From Botryllus schlosseri (Eukaryota): a stretch of 64,000 nucleotides of DNA. Below are positions 26,301 through 35,300 of the stretch, in pieces; position 1 is the first letter of the stretch; the number at the start of each line of letters is the position of its first letter. The position numbers and the translations under genes were made by a program. The notes beneath the pieces are model-generated. The model was given only the letters and a program-made list of their open reading frames with translations, did no database searches and was not told where the DNA came from. The stretch lies in assembly GCA_051294905.1 (NCBI GenBank), contig CM119371.1, positions 13,208,001 through 13,272,000 of the forward strand, in the 5' to 3' direction.

Positions 26301-28512
26301 ACTTTCCGGCTCAGCTCCGGATATAGCTGCCAGAGCTACTTCAGTGCTCATTTACTATATATCAGTCGAATTTTAACCAAAATTCTCAAAAAAGAGGACA
26401 AAATCTAAAAAAGGAGGACATTTAGGCGTCCTCGGAGGACATTTTCAAAAACCTGAAGAACGAGGACAAATGCTCGTATGGTCTCCCTATGTAGCATGCG
26501 ACTCCAAGAAGTGTGCCAGAACGATCGGCATCGTGAAAACCTTGGCCGAAATGGACTGCCCTTATGCTGACAGAAAACTTCGTTATATATATATATACAA
26601 AATACATATAGGTTTAATTGTCCATAGGTGCTTAAATGACTGGCGCTGAATGTTGCGGTCTTGGCAACATGAACTTCACAAGACAAATACCATCTTCGCG
26701 GGAAAAATTATAAGCCAGCGAAGAAGTACCAATTTGAAATCGTGTGATCTTTTAGTTTAGTACAATTGGGCGATACTATATTTTTTGATGTAGCAGACAA
26801 GAGGTCACGAAAAAACATTATGTAACGAAGTCATACCAACAGATCCGCCCGCCCGAAGATGTTTATTTGTTTAAATATTATTTACGGGCCATACACTTTC
26901 CAAGGCACCTCACTCAGCTCTACTGGTAAATCTGATTACGTGAGCAGAGAGAACAATAAATTGATAGCAAGCAATATATATGCAATTCCCGATCCTATTG
27001 ACCAATTTCATCATGAATTGTCGAAGATTTTCGCGCTTCGCGGTGGCTCTACTAATCTATACAGCTATAATTTCGTGGCATGAGCAAACAACGTGATGGA
27101 GGGGGGCGGCTTATCACCCTATGGGAGCCCAAGACTCAGGTTTTTGTGGGCCTGACGAAGTGCTGTTTCGTTCCTACCAACGGGTATACATCCGAAGATG
27201 TTTAATGGGTATTGAGGGGTACTGCCTTTTCAAACACACCTCATTTAGCTCTACCGGTAAATCAGATTAAGTGAGCAGAGAGAGGATAAAAATTGATAGC
27301 AATCTATATGCAATTGCCGATCATATTGACCGATTCAATCATGAATCATGGAAATTTCTCGCGCTTCGCGCGTTTAGGCGAGAAAAGCCGACTCACTGAA
27401 CGGACATCCAATGTAGATGATAATTAGCGATAACCAGCGTATAGCGTGAAGGGGGTATGGGGGGCGAAGCCCCCCAGATGTTCGGTATATCACCCCATGG
27501 GGGGCCGATACCAACGTTTTGGAGGGGGGTGACGAAGTGCTTTTACGGCCCTGCTGGGTCGTACCTCATATGTTTGATTCCAATGAAAGTTGATCCCTAA
27601 TATCGCTACTCGATGTCCCTATATAGCTCCAGCGCTCATAAATGCCAAGCTCTCGGAGAGAGTAATACCTAATCCTGCCCATACAGTCAACAGCCCGAGT
27701 TGGAGTCGGGGTAAAATGCTGGTTCTTATTCATCGAGTATGTAAGGAGTTCATGATCCCATACTATATCTTATCATAACACGCCTAGCATGTCAACTGTA
27801 AATACTTGCGGATACGCGTTTACATTATCGAATGCTTCTTCATCAACACTTTCTTATCAATAGGTTCAAATATTTTTTTTATTTCCTTGAGAAGCCATAG
27901 TAATCAGTTTTTTTGGTACTGTTATTCAAATTTGTCTCTGCGTATGTATTCTATAATCTGTAAGATCTATATTTTGTCAAGGCCGCGGAAATTCACGAAT
28001 TTTCACTTTATGTCGTTTTACAGCCTAGTCAAGGTACATGGATCAACTCACTATATTGGCTTGGGTTCGGTTCCGGTAGACTGGCTGGCATATTCATCTT
28101 GAAGTTGCTGTCTCCTCGAAACGTAATTATCGGCGATCTGTGCGGCACTATTATAACGATGACAATCGTCAGCATATGGGGACAGCGCGTGGCCGGTATA
28201 ACGTGGGCGGTGACCTTCCTGTTCGGATTTTTCCAAGCCACCGTTTATCCGGCCGGAGTATCGTGGACTTCGCAGTACACTAACGTATCCGGCCATTACA
28301 TTTTCATTTTTTCTGCCGGCCAAGCACTTGGAAGCATGATACTGTTACCACTTGGTGGTTTCCTTTTTGAGTTGGATCCGTTCAGCGTCATGTATCTCAT
28401 TCTAGTTTCAACAATATCCAACGCGATATTCTTTGCCGCCATGTTGCTCCGCGTCAAAATTCAATACAAAGGCACGGATCGCGAGCACGCTCCGATAGAA
28501 ACTAAAATGTAG
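8307..28512 (+). CDS. Multi-exon MFS transporter, MFSD4/NaGLT1 (sodium-dependent glucose transporter 1)-like. Exons 8307-8383, 12509-12677, 20219-20335, 20404-20511, 21242-21348, 23697-23836, 23898-24063, 28024-28512; 5' end not located
   Basis: All junctions are AG/GT with compatible phases and give one open frame: ...LWTWSLIMAISLARIGS|GLFISIHGPTLLSLADNV...GRSAGVLAGG...YSF|GITCFLLAICITATPF...FGYLDA|GMQALILQLWGEKDSRPHIAAYHFTIALGAFFAPLL|AQPFL...|...WPYVITG...|...FFCVAGETAYQSYIYSVS...|PSQGTWINSLYWLGFGSGRLAGIF...ATVYPAGVSW...ETKM*. The GPTL, DxG...LWG...HF...GA..APL and YW..F..GR motifs are characteristic of MFSD4-type carriers. Confidence 0.88.
8629..8855 (+). mobile_element. tRNA-derived SINE family 1
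   Basis: Head gcgagataacgtcgtgg (A-box-like) ...gggttctagctc (B-box-like), then aggtcgactccag; copies at 50995-51230 (-) and about 49030-49125 (-). Confidence 0.7.
9316..10536. mobile_element. hAT-type MITE family A, copy 1
   Basis: TIR cagggccgtaac / gttacggccctg; TSD cctttgta/cgtttgta; internal tandem duplication of about 240 bp; homologous in inverted orientation to 25800-27553. Confidence 0.85.
10902..12137. mobile_element. hAT-type MITE (TACTT-repeat family) expanded by inner insertions including a SINE
   Basis: Ends cagaggtggtcagtaacgaag / gactactttgaccacctct match the compact copy at 37953-38218; TSD not preserved. Confidence 0.6.
11235..11434 (-). mobile_element. tRNA-derived SINE family 2
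   Basis: Reverse strand gatagcgtaatggtgaagagtccggcttcttgatcagtagctcgtgagttcaatcctcgg: A box TAGCGTAATGG and B box GAGTTCAATCC followed by a non-tRNA body; single copy in window. Confidence 0.6.
12509..12677 (+). CDS. MFS transporter exon (GPTL motif, TM1-TM2)
   Basis: ttttcag / gtaagt; GLFISIHGPTLLSLADNVNRDVAAVSWLFAGRSAGVLAGGIATGFIMKQGRAVYSF. Confidence 0.9.
12766..13151. mobile_element. hAT-type MITE with ATCGG subterminal repeats
   Basis: Starts tagagcccgaccgat, ends atcggtcca; TSD gtcctcac/gtcttcac. Confidence 0.65.
14293..15138. mobile_element. hAT-type MITE with GCAAC repeats
   Basis: TIR tagggcaagtttttg / caaaaacttgcccca; perfect TSD cttataat. Confidence 0.85.
15416..16767. mobile_element. 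hAT MITE with a nested MITE at 16125-16649
   Basis: Outer perfect TSD gactaaca, TIR caggggttctcaacct / aggttgagaaccactg; inner TSD tgttagat/tattagat. Confidence 0.85.
17105..17563. mobile_element. hAT-type MITE
   Basis: Ends cagggccgggcgac / gttgcccgcccttg; decayed TSD tcatagaa/ttgtagaa. Confidence 0.6.
17702..20070. mobile_element. hAT MITE containing a nested MITE at 17788-19339, which itself contains further insertions (about 18367-18647 and 18916-19050)
   Basis: Outer TIR caggggtgtcaaa / tttgacacccctg with perfect TSD atttatag; inner TIR cagaggtctcaaac / gtttgagacatctg with perfect TSD ctctatct. Confidence 0.9.
20219..20511 (+). CDS. MFS transporter, two exons (20219-20335 and 20404-20511) separated by a 68-nt intron
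   Basis: cacag/gtgatg and aacag/gtaagg; GITCFLLAICITATPFITDLWLLVVVVLFGGVTFGYLDA-GMQALILQLWGEKDSRPHIAAYHFTIALGAFFAPLL. Confidence 0.9.
21242..21348 (+). CDS. MFS transporter exon (acidic loop)
   Basis: ttcaag acceptor, gtgagt donor; AQPFLEEQEDICPSVTEELCSLDDESTTVFMTTVLN continues APLL in phase 1. Confidence 0.8.
22927..23573 (-). mobile_element. Charlie/Buster-type hAT deletion derivative retaining the transposase C-terminus
   Basis: Perfect TIR cagtggttcccaacc and perfect TSD ctctaaat; minus strand about 23212-23420 reads LLVFPYTCECMKGFRSLMTIKTK.RNRR...DFRCAVSKRMPRVDQLVKNKQMQPSH* (hAT dimerisation-domain tail, one frameshift). Confidence 0.88.
23697..24063 (+). CDS. MFS transporter, two exons (23697-23836 and 23898-24063) separated by a 61-nt intron
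   Basis: NETMTTADPGYQVSSIIWPYVITGVFLVVVAIVFLVLGFYKVERRVR-NIKGDITEERQEENISQVLVLFVLICFYYFFCVAGETAYQSYIYSVSICSGLCFT; phases 0/2/0 are consistent. Confidence 0.88.
24111..24600. mobile_element. MITE family B (TAGGGTTACCATA-type TIR, GTCCTCTTTT repeats); other copies or fragments at about 21500-21830, 26094-26489, 55354-55617, 60679-60984
   Basis: Perfect 13-bp TIR taggcttaccata / tatggtaagccta; flanking duplication ctaatagta. Confidence 0.85.
25522..25715. mobile_element. Short hAT-type MITE with TGCGCA repeats
   Basis: TIR caatgttccctctaa / ttagagggaacattg; perfect TSD ctcatgag. Confidence 0.9.
25800..27553. mobile_element. hAT-type MITE family A, copy 2, with a nested family-B MITE at 26094-26489
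   Basis: Perfect TSD ctgggtcg; TIR caggaccgtaa / ttacggccctg. Confidence 0.9.
28024..28512 (+). CDS. MFS transporter terminal exon (C-terminal TM helices, stop TAG)
   Basis: tttacag acceptor at 28023; extends track ORF 28099-28512 upstream; hydrophobic helices and the YW..F..GR motif. Confidence 0.9.
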   Translation, partial: PSQGTWINSLYWLGFGSGRLAGIFILKLLSPRNVIIGDLCGTIITMTIVSIWGQRVAGITWAVTFLFGFFQATVYPAGVSWTSQYTNVSGHYIFIFSAGQALGSMILLPLGGFLFELDPFSVMYLILVSTISNAIFFAAMLLRVKIQYKGTDREHAPIETKM

Positions 28513-28793
28513 CAACCTAAAAGTGCATTTTTGTTACAGCCTGGATTTGTGTATGCTAGCAGAGTTGTGGACTAATATATGTGCATGTGCATCGATGAAT
28601 ACTAAATGCTTATCGGTCTTTAATGATAATGCGTTGCAGTAGTTCGGGTAATTCGATATGGTTGTATGTTGATGCGCAATTTGCCCATGTATCTGGCTTG
28701 AAGGACAGCTAGTATTAGCTTACCACGTGTTCAGTATTGTAAAGCTGGCGATTTTATGTAGTATCGCTCGAGTAGCCTATATAGACAGTTCAG

Positions 28794-29352
28794 CAGAGTT
28801 GTAATGTCTCGAGTCGTGATTTTCGAGTCGTGATTATTTGGTAACTCGAATTGACTCGAGTCAAATTGTGTATTGACTCGACTTGTATTCGAGTCATTGC
28901 AATTGACTCGGACCAAGTCATTGCACATGACTCGGACCAAGTCATATGACTCGAGACTGGGTCTACCAAGAGAGGCATTTCATTGTAACTTCAAATAATA
29001 GTAAAGGTATCACGCTATTATTATATCGTCTATCAGTACTGGCACTTGAAAATGGTACCGGAAACTGTTGAACGTGGGGAAAATTAGTATATTATAAATG
29101 CGAAGCATTCCATATCACCGAGCCGAGTTGTAAAAAGTGGGTTTCACATGACATTAACTGAGAACTGAACAGTCAGCACATTGTCTTGGACTCAGACTCC
29201 AGTCAAAACACTAAGACTCGGACTCGACACTCCGCTCCGTGACTTGGACTAGGATCTGACTCGGTGGTGAATTGAAAATTACTCGAGTCAAAATTATATA
29301 AGTGAGATCAGCGACTGGTGATTCGCAACCTTGTGACTTGGTTACAAGCCTG
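28794..29352. mobile_element. hAT-type MITE with GACTCGAGTC subterminal repeats
   Basis: Ends cagagttgtaa / ttacaagcctg; perfect TSD cagttcag. Confidence 0.8.
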
Positions 29353-31224
29353 CAGTTCAGTCTTTCGATTCGAATTGACTCATGTTTACACAGCCGACAT
29401 TAAACGAAAGTGGAATGCATCGGCAATGAGCGCATCTGTGAATTGAAAATCCTCCTACCTCAGGATGGCAGGACGCGAGGTCTAGTATTGGCACAGTACG
29501 ACCGATGCCACAGATGCCCTAATTCTCCAGTCACACCAAGTCCTATCATTGGCAGCGTACTTGCCATGGCGAAGACGAACCGATTTACCGATCACCCCAA
29601 AAATATTAACTGCTATCATCGCCATCCTTAGCCATAGCACGTCTTTTACTGTCGCAAGACTTGGACAACGAGAAATATTGCAAGGCAAGTTGAAGTCCAG
29701 GCAGTGGGCTCAGGTTTTCCGGAGTAATTCTTTGTTGAGATGCTTCACAAGGAGCGTGAAACGAATTTTCGACAAAAAGCAGCATAGCACATATCATACA
29801 ACGTGACAATTAACCTACTCATCGGCAATGTCACGATTTATTCCTTTGCAATGGTCACGTGCTTATTTATCAGATATAAAGCAGTTGAAGTGCATATAAG
29901 TCGCATATGTTTGCCTGCGTACCTTCATTTAAATATTTATGAAGTTAATTCTAATAAATTACAAAAATATCCGCGGCACTCCTGAGAATCCCAGCCCGGT
30001 ACAATGATGTACCGATGCACACATTGTGGGAATCACTGCTGTACGGTGTGTGTAATGCGTACCTCACTGTGGATTTGTTCTTCGGAGTTTTACCTTTTCA
30101 TAACCTCCCTATTGGATCGGTGTTGCATAATGGTTACGTTTTTCGGACGATATGATTCACTTGAGATGAATCGGGCTGTCCTGCTATTAATCATTCAAAA
30201 AATATATATATTTCCTTCGGCTTTCATGCAACATGATCTTATCTCCAAGTCTAAAAACGTGATGCCTACTGTGGATAAGATTTTAGGTCTAGCCAAATCT
30301 GGCGGTGTCGTGATAGCTCGTAGTCTGTGCTCTCTACATGATAGCAGGTTTTATGAAACAGTGTTCGGTTGAGAGACGACTATATTCGGGGCGCGGAATA
30401 TAGATCGTTATCATTATAGAAAGTTGACGTGAGTATAACTATAGTGACATCGGCGTCTGGTGTTTGTTCCTATAGGCCGAAGATAGCTTGGCTATCAGCC
30501 TGCGCTATATGATAAACATACAATCGGTCAGTCGGACTTTCCTCTGCGCTCATAAGCTCTGCGCCAACTAGGGTTGCATTTAAAACAAAAATCAATTTAA
30601 AACAAACTTGTTTAAAACATGGCCCTTGTTTAAAACATGTTTTGTATTTTTTTTGTGTGTGTGTGTATTTTAGCAATCACGTCTCAAATCCTTAGTTGTG
30701 ACGTCACATTGAATTGATATTTGCAATTGAAAATATAGGATAAATATGGCTTCTCCGAACAGAAGGGCTTCCGACCACTGTCATAAACACACTGAAATCA
30801 TCTTGAACCAGGACTACATCAGTCGTGACAAATTCTATTTGAAGGTAGCATAAAGTTCCTAGTGGTACAGAATTCAAACATTTCAACGAACAATAAATTT
30901 ATATGCACAATTTATTAACTTCAAGCTTTTCTACAGATAATCATCGGGAGCGGTAGTTAAATATGGTAGCATGAACGTAGATCAACAAAAATGTAGCAGA
31001 TTCTGCACTCTAGATTCCAACATTACATTAAAACACAATATGAATTTTTTCCATCTCTCGAGATGCGTGATTGTCAAGGAAAATAGCGAGTAAATTAGCG
31101 AGGTATGTTTTTGCTTCAGTACCAAAAAGGTGAGCCAAAATGAGGTTATTCCTCCTGGTCCTCTATACTCCGGATGTTACGACATAAACGATCAGGAGTC
31201 ACAAGCTGAACAGTGTATCACCAT

Positions 31225-31895
31225 TGTGTCCTACAATGGTGGGAACACAAGCAAATCTCACGGCTCACTGCGATTGATTTACGTCACCGGCGCATTGATT
31301 ACGATGATATAAATTTTATTGTGCTCGTGGTCCTAGAACCCCCAAAATCAACCTCGAATTTTGATTGTAACGGAGTTTGGTATTGGGACACCGCAATGCC
31401 GTCTGGAATAAGCAGCCGCAGCTCTGAGAAAGAGAGCAGTGAGAGCGAGAGTGTGAACGCGCAACAATGGCCAATGCGCTCGCGGTTTGGGCTGTTTCTG
31501 ACTGACTTCCAGACGGCATTATTGGGTCACAACACTAAACTCTCTTACAATGCAAAATTCGAGACCGATTCTGGGCGGTTCTAGGACCACGGCACAATAA
31601 AATTTATATTTTCATAATCAGTACTCCGATAACTCCAACCCTAATATCCCCGTCCCCAACCCTAATATCCCCTCTCCGAACCCTAATTTTGGGTTACCCT
31701 AACCCCAACTTTCACCCTAACCCACCTCCAAGCCTAATATCCCCTCTTCCCCAACCATAATATCCCCCTCTCCTCCAACCCTAGTATCCCCCTTCCCCAA
31801 CCATATTCTTAGGATACCTTAACCCCAACTTTGACCCTAACCCACATCCAACCCTAATATCTTCGTCCCCCCAACCCGAATATCCGTCTCTCCAA
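31225..31895. repeat. Interspersed element with an internal 33-bp inverted repeat followed by a degenerate CCCTAA-rich array
   Basis: IR 31307-31340 / 31577-31609; array 31635-31890 of aaccctaatatcccc and accctaaccc units; the 5' part recurs at about 36421-36675. Confidence 0.75.
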
Positions 31896-32367
31896 AGGCA
31901 AAAAACAATTTATTTTGACGTTTGTAAATTCTTTGGTGTCATAAGAAACATTTGTTGGTGTCATGGTCTGGGCGTATATCGAAGAAGCGCTGACTTATTA
32001 CCCATTGTGTTTACTACAATCCTTACAATATTGGTTTCGCAGGATCTGGGCAATTTTTGAAAAGGAGAAAAAAATTAAGAGCCACTGGTCTACACCGTTG
32101 TATGGTAAAATAGCCGAATGACAGCACAACATCAATGAATTATTCCTATACCTCGTCGGGAATGCGTCAATGAGAGAATCATTATAATTCTGTAAAGAGT
32201 GCATAAAGGAATCATCTACCCAGTCGATCATCAGAGATGCGTATCGGTTAACTTCCGTATGTCATGTCGTTGGCATTCAACAGAAAGACATGTCAGTAAA
32301 CGAGCTCACTACGTGTGAGAAACCAATTATATAGGGTATCGGACCATGCTCACACACTATGACGGCT

Positions 32368-35300
32368 TCAACTCTGCTGTAGTGAAACATCTTCTTCTTT
32401 CGTATGCATTAACTCAGTGTTTACGCTGTAAAATATCTATCCGCAGAAAATGCGAAGAGCCATACAACATTTTCGTGTAAGATCATTGATTTCGTCGAGT
32501 TTAGAAACTTCGCAACTCTATTTGGTTTATTTGTAAAACGGAAAATACAGATGATATCATGAAATTGATCACGTGTCAATTGCATCAATTGAGCGCAAAG
32601 TTTTCTGCTCGAATTCTGAAATGAAACGCAGTCATTCTGCTCACATCATCCCAATTTTGTTGATATTAAACTGTTTACTCCTGTAAAAAATCTGCGCTGT
32701 TACATCTCCCACAGTTTGTGCTCCTCCCTGAAAACCAAATAATTCTGAAGGAATATTCCTTTTGTTGAATCAAATCAGCAAACTTTTAGACACGGACGAT
32801 AGATAATAGCCTTTCACGTGTTACTCTACACCAGCGGTTCCAACGTGGCCGATATCGCCACCCACTGGGCGATTTTGAAAAACAAGGGGGTGAGTGGGGG
32901 CGACAGGGGGCGAAAAAGTTGAAACGTCCAGAGATCGATATTTAATTAACACGGTCAAATAATGCACGTGAAGACGGCTTATTCTGCATATGACACGGAA
33001 GTTGACTGAAAAAATGTTCAACTCAAGTCGCCTAGGCCAAGGTAGATGTCTTATCTCAAAGACTACTCCAAGTCGTTTCGATAAATTCCTATCTTTTCAT
33101 TATATCGTAGTTACGTGGTGTTTGATATGATGAAAATAACGATAAACTGATACTCAACGGAAAGTGGATGTGTTAACAAGTTTTTCGAGACCTTTCTTTT
33201 CAGTCAATTCGCAAGTGATCAGAGTTTGGTGAATAAATTTCCCGTTTATAAATGCCCATTTTTTTCGGATCCGTAAATATGGTGGGCGAAAATTTGGCTC
33301 GAGGTTGATAAGGAGGCGATGAGTCAAAAAAGGTAAGAAAACACTGCTCTACACCGGACCAAACAGAAATAAACTTGTTGTAGCGGTTCCTAGCTCATTG
33401 TCGTATGAATGGAACAGATTTACTCTACAGGTGGGATAACGATATCCAGGTCGCGTTGTTTTTGACGTATGCCAAAAATACTAAATATTGCTTATTTTGG
33501 CATTTTTCAGATTTTATTTTTGGCAGTTTTCGCATTGTCTGGAATTCACATTTGTAAAGTCGAATTAAAGATGTAATACACTCTATAGTTTAACTTTTCA
33601 TATCAAATTAAAGCCACAAAACGTGCAGTACCACTGTGTGTCATCAAACAGCGAGCGTAAAAACCGAATGGACCACGGTGTTGGAGAGTCAATTCACCAA
33701 ATACAAAACCGATGGACTGCTTCTGCAATATCTAATCGGTATAGTCGATTCGATATGCGTGCGTAATTACCTGTATTCACACAGATCACAATAACACTTA
33801 TGCGGATAACAATTCCAAATCGTTGCTGACACGTTTGAATCACAGCCCTTCACTTGCATACCAGTGGTTACAAATCACGAGTGGCTTCAATATTTACTAA
33901 AATATGAAAAAATATCCAACGGGAAAACAGAAAAAAACAGGAAAGGACTGAATGTTTGCAAGCCTGTGTATGGTAGGAATTGATAGGGGTTACTTCTAGA
34001 CGACTGATGCATTTTACACTGTGTAAGTGTGTATGTTCGATTGTTCATTAATGAAACTATACCCCTATTGTCTATTGACATAGTCTGTCATTGATTGCAC
34101 CATATGCTGACATTTTCATTAACAAGTTGAAAGTAAATGGAATTATATATACGCATTGGCCTAAATGCAGCATGGGTCGCGCGTGTCGGCTACATGAGGT
34201 ACAAAATGCACGAGCGGTAACAATAGGAAAATGCCTAGTCATTGAGCTACATCCCCAATTGCTGGATATCATTTACTACCTGGGTTGATCAATCCACAGT
34301 ATATTGAAAATCCAGGTTTCAGTGCTCTACTTTTTCGCCTCGACCCGAAGATTTTCATTCGCACAACATCAGACGAGGCCAATATTAACCCGTTGCCCGC
34401 GAGAAGGTTTTGAGTGACCCGCGAGGTAATTCACGAAATTAGGTATAATTTCCCAAATTAATTAGCCGCGAAATTTATGGTGAATTCGCAAGGTCAACCA
34501 ACAATTTGATTAACATGACCGCGAAATTTGGGATGGCGATGACTAAAATATCAGTTCAGACATATTGGCGTAGCCAGGCGCCATCCACATTTATTTAGGT
34601 CTTCGTATATTACCATTAGGTAGAATATTTTTTGACTTCCTTTTATTTTTAGCACTTTGCGCGATTTATTGTCACTAGATTTCTTGCTTTTAGTATCGGT
34701 GCCCCTCCTGAAAATTAAAAAGACGCCTAATTTACATAATTGAGTCCGACCATATCCGCAATTATGAGAGAACGTGTCGTCCAACATGCGACTTCGTCTC
34801 CGCACTCGCAGAATGATCGTCGACGATTAAACCTTTGCACAAAATGATACACACATCTTCGCCGAAATCATCGACATTTAAGCGTCCAAGCGCCAAATAG
34901 TTCTGTCCTTGCCAAATGAGCCGATCGGTGTAGAGAGGCGACCCGCAATATATGCAAGTGGCATTGCTATTAGACGAATTCATTCATCACCTTTATGGAA
35001 TTTTCACGCTTAGCGCGGTAAATACATAAATGCACAATTGCACATTGACTTTTCATGACAATATTGTTACTGATTTTAATGCGTAGGCCTACTACTATAA
35101 GTATTGTTTTCACCGCTACCTAATGCGGTTCTCTCCAATCGGACGAATAAAAAAAGGTCATCAACATTCAAGGGGCCCGCGCAATGGTTTTGAAATTTCA
35201 TGTGGCCCTTTGGCCGAAAAGGTTAGCCGCCTCTGCACTACATATATCTCTATGACGGTAGACCGGTTCACGCACCTCAATTTAGAAATTTAGCTTTACA

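Noticed and set aside
31635..31890. True telomere or chromosome end
   Set aside because: Internal position, degenerate interrupted units, and association with an interspersed repeat
34762..34983. Protein-like minus-strand ORF (CIYCGSPL...) as an NLR exon
   Set aside because: Lies within a MITE-like segment (about 34370-35236) and no fitting phase-2 acceptor was found
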